DNA of 56,497 nt, counting the filler, from Circinaria calcarea (lineage: Eukaryota), in the NCBI GenBank assembly GCA_051942165.1. It is 3 parts of 3 records of this genome, joined end to end, with 100 filler letters (N's around TTAATTAATTAA, not from the genome) between each part and the next. Parts side by side here need not be neighbours in the genome. Positions count along the whole stretch, not along the records: positions 18,878 to 37,653 come from JAVECS010000228.1; 2 more parts are not named here. One strand, written 5' to 3'. Below the pieces are notes generated by a model, which ran no database searches, was not told where the DNA came from, and worked only from the letters and a program-made list of their open reading frames with translations. A program made the position numbers and the translations under genes. Below are positions 25,501 through 37,753 of this stretch, piece by piece (the stretch's first letter is position 1; each line of letters starts with the position of its first letter).

Positions 25501-26975
25501 TCTTGTTCAGACTATACGGATTTTCTCTACAAAACTTCTTCGAAAATACGCTACCCAAGCCCCAACCACAAGCGAGGTTGAACGCGGCAGCTCTTCAACT
25601 GCATATTGGGCCATTCGCCTTCTTGTAACTCAGCTATACGATCCTGATGTGGAGGTTAGCGAGGTAGCCGTGCAGATTCTACAGGAAGCATGTCACTCGA
25701 AGAGATATCTGGAGTACGTGGTCAAGTGCCGTCCCGCTCTGGATCATCTTGGTGAAATCGGTGCACCTCTGCTTCTTCGGTAAGTCGGGGGATACCCTTA
25801 GCGATTATACATTGCTCAAAGGAATACGCAGGTTTCTATCTACCTCGCTAGGCTATCAGTATCTGAATGGACTGGATTACATAACGCAGGAAATGGATGA
25901 TTGGTTTCTGGCAAGTCCTTAGGCTCAATCACAAAAGTAGCTTCTATTAACGAATGTTAGGGTCGTAATGAGAAGTATGTCCTGTTGGTCGAGGCATCAC
26001 TAACCCGTGCCTTATCGCCCAACTCGAATCGACCGAGATCTACAATCGATGTACCTATGCAGGCCTACGATTACGGCATGGTGCCTCCTCATTTTTATAG
26101 AGAGTTAACCCGGACAAGTGAGGGATGTAGCCTCCTAAAAGCGTCAGGCCACTTTGAAGACTTTGTCTCCACTATCCAGGCCTTCTGGTCCGAAAACGAA
26201 GACTCCGAAACAATGTTGAAAGTGAAGGGTTGTTTGTGGGCAGTCGGCAATATCGGTTCCATGGAACTTGGAGCGCCATTCATCGAGAACTCAGACGTCG
26301 TGAGCTGGATCGTAAAGATCACCGAATGTTCTAAAGTGATGACTATGAGAGGTACCGCCTTCTTGGTCCTCGGTCTCATATCTCGAAGTCTACATGGGAT
26401 GGAGATATTGGCGGAGCACCGTTGGGATGCGGTGACGAATTGCATGGGTGAATCACTAGGGTTTTGTCTTCCTCCGTCCTTGGAGCTACTTTTCCAGGTC
26501 CGAGCAAAGTCGACGTGATTCGAAATCCCCATGCTAACCATCGTTACAGATCCCCGAGAAGTCATCCGAACCTAGGGCAAATCGAGCGACCGTAACGATA
26601 AAAGATGTGCAGCCAGTGCCCGACGACAGTGACCCTCTCGAAACTCGAATTCTCAGTCTGGTCGTCGATCTGGGTAATACTGTCTTGACCAAACGAGCTG
26701 CCGGCGAGCTGCATGGGTATGTAAGATGTTCCACAGTCTCGGGTGTCGCTGATCGACATAGGATCAAAACCAAGAAGCCTGAGCTGTTCAGCTCCATTTC
26801 TCTGTTCAACAGAGTCATGTTCATTCTCGAATGTCACTCGTTCCGATTACCTATAAGGCGGTTTATCATCGACATGTTTGACAAGGATGTGATGAGACGC
26901 ATCGTCTTGGAAGACAACTCGGATTACGAAGCCGAGTATCAACCGACAACGGCAAAGTTGATTGCCACTGGATGA
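22577..26975 (+). CDS. AVO3: TORC2 subunit Rictor/Avo3 (S. pombe Ste20-like), multi-exon
   Basis: HR1-like KELKIKVGSENLLEAL, EREQALKFVRAF, SSFLAGRRLTTYGRV, FYRPFKYRFS, PPHFYRELTRT, KGCLWAVGNIGS and FRLPIRRFIIDMFD, spread over several exons. Includes a GC-AG intron at 25911-25960. Confidence 0.93.
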
Positions 26976-28319
26976 GTCAGGGGCAATGGCGATAGCAGAA
27001 TGCTCTCCACTCCAAAGTACTTCTGGCGGTTGCGGAGTAAGAGGAAGAGCAGACACTGACCCTCACACTATAGAATGTACAGTACAGCTCTCGCATAGCG
27101 GCGGTGTTCGCTTATGCATCTATGTTTCAGGGCATTCGAGCTAGGACACATCGAAGGAAACGGATTGGCTCCGAGCGTGGGGTGTTGGTTGTGCCACGTA
27201 ATGTAAGACTACCGTTCACGATGTACTTTAGACAGCACTCGGGGATATGGATCTGATAAGACAAGCGTGACCACGGGCCGTGAGCCTGTCCACTTCTCGG
27301 TGTCCTTTAGTAATGCACAATTCACGTGGCGGTTTGGCCATCAGGAACCCGAGGCAGCACTGTCATCTAACAGCTCCCGACTGCGCTGTACTTCCTTGAT
27401 TATGCCCGTATCCCCATCCGTTCTCTGGGTGGCGGCTACACCGGACCCTGCCTGGGAATGCCTCGTCCGACCAGCAGCTTTTTTGATGTTTTGTGGATAC
27501 GGAGTTCTTGACGCCGGAATGGTTCACTAGGGCATTTAAGCGACAGAACTGGGTAGAAAACCCCTAGCCAAAGGGTCGGGCTTCGGCACTATGAAATCTC
27601 CCGGTGATCATGCACTCTCTCCTCGAGAGTAAGGGTCCTCCTCAATGCGGTCAGGGGACCTTAAGGCGTGGCGCGGGCCGAATGATGGTGATGCAATCGT
27701 GGTCGAATGCGTGCAGAAAGCAGTAGAAACGATCCAGACTTCATTTCCACTACCGTTAGATCTGATTCTAGGGACTGTCCGTTCATCCCTTTGGTGCGTC
27801 TTGGCGCCATCCCTGACCGATGAAGCATCTCCACATTTGATTGGCCCCGTCCAACGCCAACTGCCTCCCTGCCATCCGACTTTGAGGCCACGGCAAGACT
27901 GTCCGCCATGCTATCGCCAGGACCGCAGTCTTGTCGTCGTTGACTTTGAAACCTCCCCACCTTACTAATGCGGGCCTCCCATTCTACTGCCTTTCATTCT
28001 CGCATAGTCCTTTTGACTGAAGCCCACAACCAATAGCCTTGCGCTTCCCTCCACTGTCCCACCAAACGTCACCTCCCCCCCGACCAGCAGCACTTTTGAA
28101 GGACACTACAAGCCAATCTCTTCGCTATCGATTAGACCTGACGTTTAGCCGTGCAGCCACCTGCGCTGAACCGCGTGTTACCTCATCCGGCCGGACGACA
28201 GAATTTCACACAGGCTTGCCTTGCCTCATTGACGAGGCGAGAATACTACATCGCTGCGGTTCTCGGTGCAGCCGCCGTCGTATGGAGAAGTTCAGACAGC
28301 GGCAAACCCAGAAATTGGG

Positions 28320-30246
28320 ATGAGTCTATTCTCAAGACAAGGAGCCGCCTTGCCCGCTGCAATCGACGGTACAGCTGAGCAGGCCGCTGGCCTGGCCATA
28401 GACTCGGTCGGTTTTATGGGCGATAGGGTTGCCCGGCATGATCTCTCCTTCCCACGCGCACTCGATCCCCACCTGGACGCCAGAGCCATTGTGCGCTTGG
28501 TCCAGTGCTCACAATGCTCTCTCCCTCTGCGGACTCCGATGACCTTACCATGTGGCAACAGTCTATGTCGACCATGCCTTCCGGAACTTCACCGGCGCGA
28601 GAACATCTCCTATCCAAGCACACCCGGCCGTCAACAGGGCTTCACTTGCCCGTTCAAAGATTGCGGACGGGAGCACGCTTTGGGGGACTGCAGTCAAGAC
28701 GTCACACTCGCCAAGATTATGGAGCGGATCGGGATGGAAATTGCGAAATACAGGCCCATCACCAGTGACACACCGATGCTGTTGGACGAAAGGTTACGGT
28801 GGAAGAATATCGTGGATAGCTCCAAGGAAGGAGATTTACCCAACTCAAGGATATTACACGGCGGACGACTGGTCGCCACATACACAATGGCTGAGCTTGG
28901 CGAGTTACGGTTCGACTCGGAAGTCTCGTATCAGACCATGTCACGGACTGGGGATACTTATCCCCATCTTGATACCGCCATCTTGGATCACTTGAAAGAA
29001 GCGACAAGAAGTGAAATGGACTGCCATGTATGCTACGCTTTGATCCTCGATCCGCTGACCACGCCTTGCGGTCATACCTTCTGCCGCAAATGTGTGGCGC
29101 GTGTACTCGATCATTCCAATCTTTGTCCCATCTGTCGCCGGCTACTTCTGATGCCCCCGGGTGTTCAATCCGTACCGAGTAACAAGCGACTGTCTAATTT
29201 GCTCCTGAAGCTCTGTCCGGACCATGTTGCCGCACGGGCTGACGCTGCGACACAAGAGGAGTCGGGCATGGTAGGCGAGCAGAACATGCCTTTATTCGTC
29301 GTCACGTTGGCGTATCCATCCATGCCGACATTCCTACATGTTTTCGAACCTCGATATCGTCTTATGATACGTCGAGCGATCGAAAGCGGGGATCGAAAGT
29401 TCGGCATGATGATGTATAATCGAACGGGGGAACCGCAGGGGGAATTAGGTCCTACGCCCTTTATGCAATACGGTACATTATTACATATCATCAGCATGCA
29501 GCTCATGCCAGATGGTCGAAGCCTAATTGAAACCGTTGGTATATCAAGATTCAAGGTCCACTCTTGGAGTATGCTGGATGGGTATTTTGTGGGAAATATT
29601 GAGCGCGTTGACGATCTTTCTCTCGCAGAGGAAGAACATGACGAGGCCATGGAAGTGAGCTCTAACCCGCCGGCCAATGATCTGATCGCTCAATTGAATG
29701 GTTTATCGACAAGGGAACTTCTGCAGATAGGTGTTGGCTTCATCACTCGAATGCGTGCTGCCTCGGCCCCGTGGCTACGTGAAACTGTTATCGCCACTTA
29801 TGGTGCTCCACCAGAGGACCCAGCATTGTTCCCTTACTGGTTTGCCAGCGTCGTACCGATCTCTGACGATGAGAAATACCAACTGTTACCATCAAGAAGT
29901 GTGAGGGAGAGACTCAAGATCACGGCGCAGTGGGTCCGAAGGATAGAAGCACAGAGATGGTGAGCCAGATCCTGTTTTTTGAATGATGTCCTCCCCTATC
30001 CTACCCCTTATAACCTTTTCCCCCCCCTTTCAAACCGTGCTCGACCGGGGAATCATTATAGTCTGACCATGATGCGGTCGCGAAGGGACGGACTGGTGTC
30101 TCCAGACTCTGACTCCGATATTGACGGCGATGACGAACATGAACGAATGGCGGAACTTTTTGCCAATACAAGCTCTAGGAATGAAGACTGATTCTGTTTT
30201 CACGTCGTTATACAGGTCTTCAAATAGCTCTTGTACCGTCTTGTGA
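28320..30246 (+). CDS. RING-finger plus LON-N (LONRF/CrgA-like) protein with a C-terminal CaaX box (CTVL) in the distally spliced form
   Basis: Two RING-like motifs (CSQCSLPLRTPMTLPCGNSLCRPC and CHVCYALILDPLTTPCGHTFCRKC...CPICR) and the LON-N motif LHVFEPRYRLMIRR. Final intron 29960-30215 gives RWSSNSSCTVL*. Confidence 0.9.
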
Positions 30247-31365
30247 CCATTAGCAAGCGCCGCGGTTGGTGTCGCGGCGTGTATTCTCGCTTATATCCTC
30301 TATTGTCTTGAGCCCTAGATTGGCAGGTTTCATTAAAACATCATCGACGTCTACGGATTTTCTGAGCTGCAATCACATCATCGAACGACCTTTTGGATTT
30401 GCTTTTGGCATGGCGAGGGGATGTTTTATCGGTGCAGGTAATGGAGCAGGAGTTTGGAACTCAGGTGGAGGGGATTAAGAGCATGTCCTGGTTCTTTATA
30501 TGCAAAAATCTCATGGACCGCTATATAGCACATTGGCAGCTTACTTGCCGTCGAGGGTCCGAGATGCTCACCAGACACCTGTATATAGGGATCAGACTTT
30601 GCGGAGGGACGGTTTACTGGTAGTGCACCGAGCCGTTTTACCTCATTAGATCCAGTTAGAAGCCAAATTCTAAATATTAGACTTGCTACGTTGTGCATTT
30701 GTGTTCGTACAATTCGAAGTTACTTTGTTAGCGTAGCCATCACACTAAGGTTCTAGCGGATGTGAAATGCCGGCGTGGGCCAAGGTTAAAATCCATCTCG
30801 TCTTTGCACCATAAACGTCTGAAGCCACGTAGAATAGAGATTGTCCCAAGGCTCTAAACCAAGCACGAGTATATATGTCGATACTTCAGCACCGCAACCG
30901 ATGCTACTCTCGTCATCTGGTAGGTAAATGTACGTCCCTCGAGCCCATTGCGGAGAGTTGAGGCTCAACAGTGGAATCTCGGTAGCGATGCCCGCTACCA
31001 TAATCTAGTGTGAGATCGGTTGCTTGAATGGGGTGACGTCGTTGGCTCTCACTATGCACCCGTATTGTTCGCGACTGTGAATGAAATTTCAATAGAGTAA
31101 GGGGAAATGCCCATCTCGTACCGGCAAGTCTACTGGCGAGATTATTAACCTTCACGAGTTATTAAAGAGTCGCATATATAACCCTCACAGGTACTCAGCT
31201 CAGTACACAAAATTGACTCATCTCTGAACTCAGCAGGCAACAACTACTCCGTTCCAGATGAGAGACGCTTGATCATTCCAGTACTATAACAAATCTCCTT
31301 CCCAATCCGCCCATCGATAGATCAAAAAGTTGAATTCGGTATACTCGGGAGTAACTCGAAGGACC

Positions 31366-34300
31366 ATGGACCATGGCCTCGGACTCGGAGCTGGACTTTT
31401 CAATGGCTCATTTCATGATCGTAACGAAATCCAAGCAGCGGATGAAGCACCAGCCAAAGATGTTGAAGAAGCGCAAAACGGAGATAACACCAAAGAAACG
31501 AATATACTTGATGAATCGGATCGTCTTAAAGCTCTTGCTGCTGGCGTGCGAGACCAAGATGAGCTTGAGCGAAACATCGGCCGCCAGGTATGCGCGTTGT
31601 CGTGAAGAGTGGGTGGCATGATACGTCCGTACTAATGTACCTATTGCGATAGGCGGATCAACTACTCACGGAACAAGCCAATGAACGAGACGAAAAGCGC
31701 CTCGAGAAGACTCGAACAGACAAGGCGTATGTGATGGCTGTTTACCCTCGTGATAAACACTGCTAAACACTATTTTCTGCAGTAAGCTGATTACGCAAAT
31801 CCACAAGATTGAAGAGCGAATAGGACAACCTACCGGGGCCGCAACGTCGACCCGCTTAAGGGCTGAGATAGCAAACTATGAGGCCCAAATCAGGACACTA
31901 GATATCGATCTGGAGCAAATTCAACTTCGTATTGAGGAACGGAGCCAGAACTTGGAGCAAGGCGAAGTTGAGTCTACAGCACAGTTGGGGAGTCGGCGAA
32001 TGCCGAATGAGAGCCAGCGCGATTTCCTCATACGTACTGGCAAGATCACACCCTTTTCCAAGATAGCAGGTCACTCATTACCTCGTGCTGGTTCAACCCT
32101 CCAAGGAGTTCTATTGGATGTAGAAGAGGGCGAGGATGAGCTGGAAGAGGAGGGCAAACTGGAGGGGTCCCCAGCGGAAGACCCCTTATCTCATCGCAAT
32201 CTGCTACAACCAGGTTTCAGTAATGATAACGGAAGTGATATCGCGTCACATCTAACGGGAACTTCGGAGTACTCAAGGAAGCGTAGACGCCTGAGCGGAA
32301 ATTCTACATTACGTGTGGGCAGGGAGAGGGATCAGGAGAACATACTTCCGACGTCTTCAAGGGCCTCTAGTCAAATATCATCGGAGGACAGGGGGGGCGC
32401 AACATTTATATTTGACCAAGCTGCATATGAGCACGCTACTCCTGATAGCTCTGACCAGAGTGAGTATTCAGACTGTAAGGGGGGGGTTTTGGACACGCCA
32501 GTGCCCAAGCGCAATCGAAAAGGGCGAAAGCTGAAACGTGAAGATGGTGGTGCTTACCAAGAAGACCTGACCAGTCTGGATGATGGTGATGAGAAACTTT
32601 ATCAAGCTCGACTGCAAAAGTGGATAACCAGAAGAAGTACAGCACGACGGCTCGCAAAAGGAAAGAAAGGCTCGGTGGATGCATCAAATGAGATTCCTGT
32701 TTCGGGCCTAGAGTTTGAGAGTCAACCCCTTCTAGAAGATAGAAGCCAGCATACCGAGGAATCACTCGAGGATGAGTGGCATAGGCCTCATCCTACGAGA
32801 TCGGATACGAACCTTGAAGATGGCTTTCGAATACCAGGAGACATATACCCTTCCCTGTTCGACTATCAGAAGACCGGGGTCCGCTGGCTCTGGGAGCTGT
32901 ATTCTCAGCAAGCTGGTGGGATCATCGGTGATGAAATGGGACTTGGAAAGACGATACAGGCCATAGCATTCCTTGCTGGCCTCCACTACAGCAAAAAGCT
33001 AAGGAAGCCGGTAATAGTCGTCGCACCTGCAACAGTCATGAAGCAGTGGGTCAATGAATTTCATACCTGGTGGCCCCCTTTCCGGGTGTCGATACTACAC
33101 ACCTCTGGTAGTGGTATGATTGACCTCGGCCGAGAATCACGAAGGGAAGATGAGCTTGCATCGCAGACGTTCGATAGCTCAAGACGAAAACCTTTGAGCA
33201 AATCGATGAAGGGTGCTAAGAAGATCGTTGACCGTGTCATCAATGAGGGCCATGTTCTCGTCACAACGTATTCTGGCTTGCAGACGTATGCGGAGTTACT
33301 GATCCCAGTCAACTGGGAGTACGCGATCCTTGATGAGGGTCATAAGATACGAAACCCTAATGCAGCAATTACTATCTACTGCAAAGAGTTACGAACAGCG
33401 AACCGCATCATCCTTTCTGGAACTCCAATGCAAAACAACCTGGTTGAGCTATGGTCCTTGTTTGATTTCGTCTTTCCGATGCGCCTCGGAACGCTTGTCA
33501 ATTTTCGCCAGCAGTTCGAGTTCCCAATTCGCCAAGGAGGATATGCGAATGCCTCAAATTTACAAATACAAACTGCTAGCAGATGCGCAGAAACCCTAAA
33601 AGATACTATTTCACCTTATCTTCTACAACGTTTCAAGGTTGACGTAGCTGCTGATTTACCGAAGAAAACCGAGCAAGTCCTCTTCTGCAAGCTCACGAAG
33701 TCACAGCGAGAAGCATACGAGAATTTTCTTGCTTCTAACGACATGAAGTCGATACTCAGTGGAAAGCGGCAGGTCTTGTATGGGATAGATATCTTGCGAA
33801 AAATCTGCAACCATCCCGACCTTCAAGATCACAGAACTTTATCTATTCAACCTGACTACAACTATGGTAGCGGCGCAAAGTCAGGTAAGATGGTCATTGT
33901 CAAGGAGCTGCTAAATATGTGGAAGGACGGCGGTCACAAGACTCTTTTGTTCGCCCAGCATCGGATTATGCTTGATATCTTAGAGAAGTATATAAAATCG
34001 ATGGAAGGTATCAATTATCGTCGCATGGATGGCAATACTCCGATCAATATCCGGCAATCTATGGTCGATGAGTTCAATAAGAATCCCGAGCTTCACGTAT
34101 TCCTTCTTACCACAAAGGTCGGCGGACTGGGAGTGAATCTAACAGGAGCAGATCGAGTGATCATTTATGACCCTGATTGGAACCCATCTACGGATATTCA
34201 AGCTCGAGAACGGGCTTGGCGATTGGGCCAGAAGCGGGAAGTACAGATATACCGTCTCATGATTGCTGGCACCATCGAAGAGAAGATCTTCCACCGCCAA

Positions 34301-35263
34301 ATCTTCAAGCAATTTCTCACCAATAAGATTCTCAAGGACCCCAAACAAAGGCAGACATTTCAGATGAAAGATCTGCATGATCTTTTCACTCTCGGTGGCC
34401 CTGATGAAGGCGCTACTGAGACTGGTCGACTTTTTGAAGGAACCGAAGTCAAGTTCAGCAACGGTGGAAGAAATTCTCAGCCAGCACAAGCCAACCATGA
34501 CATGGCATGGGGCGGAGCTACTCCGCCCCCATCGTCTAGCAAAGATCGAGTACTCCGGGAGATGGCTGGCGTGGCGTCAGTTGAACCCTTCGGAAGCGAA
34601 GATCAGCTGCCAAGTCATGGTAATTCAGGTGAAAACAAAAACTCTGAAACTCGTATCATGGAAGGAATCTTCGCACGCTCTGGTGTTCATTCGGCACTCG
34701 AGCATGATCAGATTATTAATGGAAAGAAAGTTATCGCGGCAGATCCGAAAATCATTGAGAGAGAAGCTAAGAGGGTGGCATCAGAGGCAGCCTATGAGCT
34801 TAAAAAGGCAGGGGAGCTCGCAAAGACCGTCCCGGTTGGTACCCCTACATGGACAGGTCAGTTTGGCACAGCGGGCAGGCCAGATGGCGGAAACCAACAA
34901 GGCTTTGGTCGTGGTACTTCTCGAGCTGGCCCTGCTTCTACGAGCATACTTGCCGGGTTACAGAATCGCCAAGCTGCACATGTCCTCGTTAATGGCTCCG
35001 GCCCAAATACGCTAAATAGTCGTGGCCCAGGACAGGACGGCCTGCGAGGAAAGAACTTTATGACGATGATCCGAAATTATCTGGTCACGCATGGAGGGAA
35101 GGTACACACACAGATGTTGATTGATCATTTCAATCGTTATTGTAACACGCCAGAGAGAACGGCGGAGTTCAAGGAGATGTTAAAAGAGATCGCGACGTTG
35201 CAAAAGGGATCCAGGGGCAGAGGTGTATGGATACTGAAAGACGAGTATAAGTCTACTGCTTGA
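31366..35263 (+). CDS. RAD26: SNF2-family transcription-coupled repair helicase Rad26/Rhp26/CSB
   Basis: RDFLIRTGKITPF, IGDEMGLGKT, ILDEGHKIRNP, LSGTPMQNNL, QARERAWRLGQ and a C-terminal winged-helix-like FKEMLKEIATL. Introns at about 31588-31652 and 31727-31782. Confidence 0.95.
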
Positions 35264-36118
35264 TGTATCTCGATACGAAGCCAAATGAAGCATATGGGCC
35301 TCGCAACTTTACTTTGGACTGCTGAAGTCAGCACCTCACTGAATCTATGTCAACGCATAGCACTGTCGGGTTTGCGAATGGACGGGGCCGCCGTGTCTGA
35401 TTGATCTATGCCATGATACCCCATTTATAGATTTAACGGAGACTTTCTGAAGCGAATGCTATATTGACGATGCGTACACTTCTAACGACTGAGCCTCACC
35501 AATCCACCTATGCAATGCTGATTTAACAGATTCAATTCCTGTGAACTACCAGGAAAGAGCGACTCTAAAGCTCAGCCGGAGCGTATCTCCAATATGGCAT
35601 CTCTGAAGGATATTCTAGTCCCACATCAGCTGTACTCGATTCCAATAACTGCTATCAATATCCCTCTTCCTAAGGTCCTCCTCAATTGGACCACCCCCTA
35701 ACTAAGTGGTAATCTCTCGGGTGTAACTTAAATATAATACCGTAAGGGAAACCGCGTGGCAACCCCAAAATAGCCTGGCCAATCGTAATCCCTGTATGCT
35801 AAACAAATCCCAAGTTTACGGAGGTAGGAGATGGCTTGAAAGGATCATTGAGTTCAGTACTTTCTGTTTCTATCAGTCGAGCTAGATTCTCACGTTCGTT
35901 ACCATCAAGTCCATAATTTATCGCTGGGATCGTCCTCTGTCCATACCATTGTCGTTCGTTCTGGGATTCGTGTGTCGTCAGCATCTACAATTTCGGCTTT
36001 GGCTCAAGGAGGATCTTGTCTGACGGAGTAAAGCTTTGTGGAGCAGAGTAGAAAGCAAAGGAAGGGAGATTAAAAAAACAACAGTGCTCCTTTGGACGAC
36101 CCACGAAGCAGTGTCATT

Positions 36119-37114
36119 ATGCATTTCACCCAGGTCGCCTTCACCTTTCTACTCTACTCGTCTTTCACAGCGGCCTGGCCATGGCCACCGTCAATACAGA
36201 ACGTGGAGGACCTGATAGCAAAACGGCAGGAAGGTATGAAAATCAGATGGATCACATGGAAAACCAGCAACGCAGGAGGCTGATGAAAACATTGCAGGCA
36301 CAGCAACCTCTGCCTCAGGAAGGCAGCAGACCAGCCCCTCACAGGCCTCCCCCTCGGCCTCCAATTCTGCGGCATCAGCATCGGCGACTATAACAAGATC
36401 CGCAAATTCACCTGGGTCAGCTAGTGGGTCCGCGCCAGCAACATCAGGAGGTAGTAAAGGTACAGGGACGACAAAAGGTGCTACCACTGGCAAGGGCAGT
36501 GCGAAGCCAACAGCTACAACACCCACGAGCATCGATCAACGCCTTCCGGCTGGAGGAATTCAGATGCTTACGCCGTCAGCACTCGCCGCGCCCTCCTATT
36601 ACAAAATTGGTGATCAAATTACTTTTGGCTGGAATTACACTTCATTAATTGTTACACCCACTGCCATTGATATCATTGTTTCTTGCACCGCAAACAGTGC
36701 GACATACACCATATCCAGCAACGCGACCGTGCAGCCTACAGGGCAGGCAGTTTGGGATACAGCGCGTGACGCCCAAGGAGATAATCCACTGCTGACGGAT
36801 ACTTATACTCTGGTCATCCATGATGCAGCCAGAGACATCACTGCAGCCCCCGCTGCTGGCTACTTGGGTTCATACAGCCAGTTTAGGTTTGGCATGTATC
36901 GTCGACAGGAATACACTCCGTTGAACGGTAAATTACCTCCCCCTTTCTCCTCGTTGAATGTAATCCAGCTAATGCCAAGGAAGAGTACGTATGCGTGACA
37001 TGCAGTGGTGCTCTCTCCGCCATGGAGCGACAAACACTAAAGTTCCTCTTTGGTATGGGTTTGATTACCGTAATATCCTTTACCTGGTTTGCCGGCGGTT
37101 TGGGGGTTTTCTAG
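36119..37114 (+). CDS. Conserved fungal secreted/membrane-anchored Ser/Thr-rich protein (signal peptide, KR processing site, beta-rich domain, C-terminal hydrophobic segment)
   Basis: MHFTQVAFTFLLYSSFTAAWPWP...IAKRQE, intron about 36234-36296, a low-complexity S/A/T/G tract, LPAGGIQMLTPS...YYKIGDQITFGWNYTSL, intron about 36928-36983, then EYVCVTCSGALSAMERQTLKFLFGMGLITVISFTWFAGGLGVF*. Confidence 0.8.
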
Positions 37115-37526
37115 GCGGCCTCTCGAATGAACTTCTTCAACTCCTATACAATCAAACCTCGTCGGCATATCGGACCGTCTTTATCTATATTGCATGGCTG
37201 CAGAGGACTGCTTAGTATTGACGGGTTGCATCGGCGTTCGGCATACTAATCATGGGGTGACGGCGAAAATGGGATTGGGATTCGAATTCAGGCACGGTCA
37301 GGGGAAACGGGGTAAGGCCCTTTGTCTAAGCAACCATTCTAATTCAATTTAAGCCTTTTTATTTCCATCCGGATCTTACACTGTTCATGTCAGGCTTGTC
37401 TAGAGTTTACGAAAAGGGGGTTTGGAAAAGCATCAGTCTTCCGTGTTGGGAAGCAACGGCTCCGGCTCCACTCAAATCGATCATTCTCCCTGGCCCCGTT
37501 TGCATCAACGCTCCCCTTTACATCCG

Positions 37527-37653
37527 CCCTTCTACCCCTTCTACCCTTCTACCCTTCTACCCTTCTACCCTTCTACCCTTCTACCCTTCTACCCTTCTAC
37601 CCTTCTACCCTTCTACCCTTCTACCCTTCTACCCTTCTACCCTTCTACCCTTC
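37527..37653. repeat. 8-bp tandem repeat (CCCTTCTA)n, about 15 copies, truncated by the gap
   Basis: Directly visible as a near-perfect array running into the N gap. Confidence 0.95.
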
Positions 37654-37753
37654 NNNNNNNNNNNNNNNNNNNNNNNNNNNNNNNNNNNNNNNNNNNNTTA
37701 ATTAATTAANNNNNNNNNNNNNNNNNNNNNNNNNNNNNNNNNNNNNNNNNNNN
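37654..37753. other. Scaffold gap: 100 nt of N with the artificial TTAATTAATTAA linker
   Basis: Directly visible. Confidence 0.97.

Noticed and set aside
37527..37653. Telomere
   Set aside because: The unit is not TTAGGG, and the C-rich strand runs toward the contig end, the opposite of a true chromosome end.
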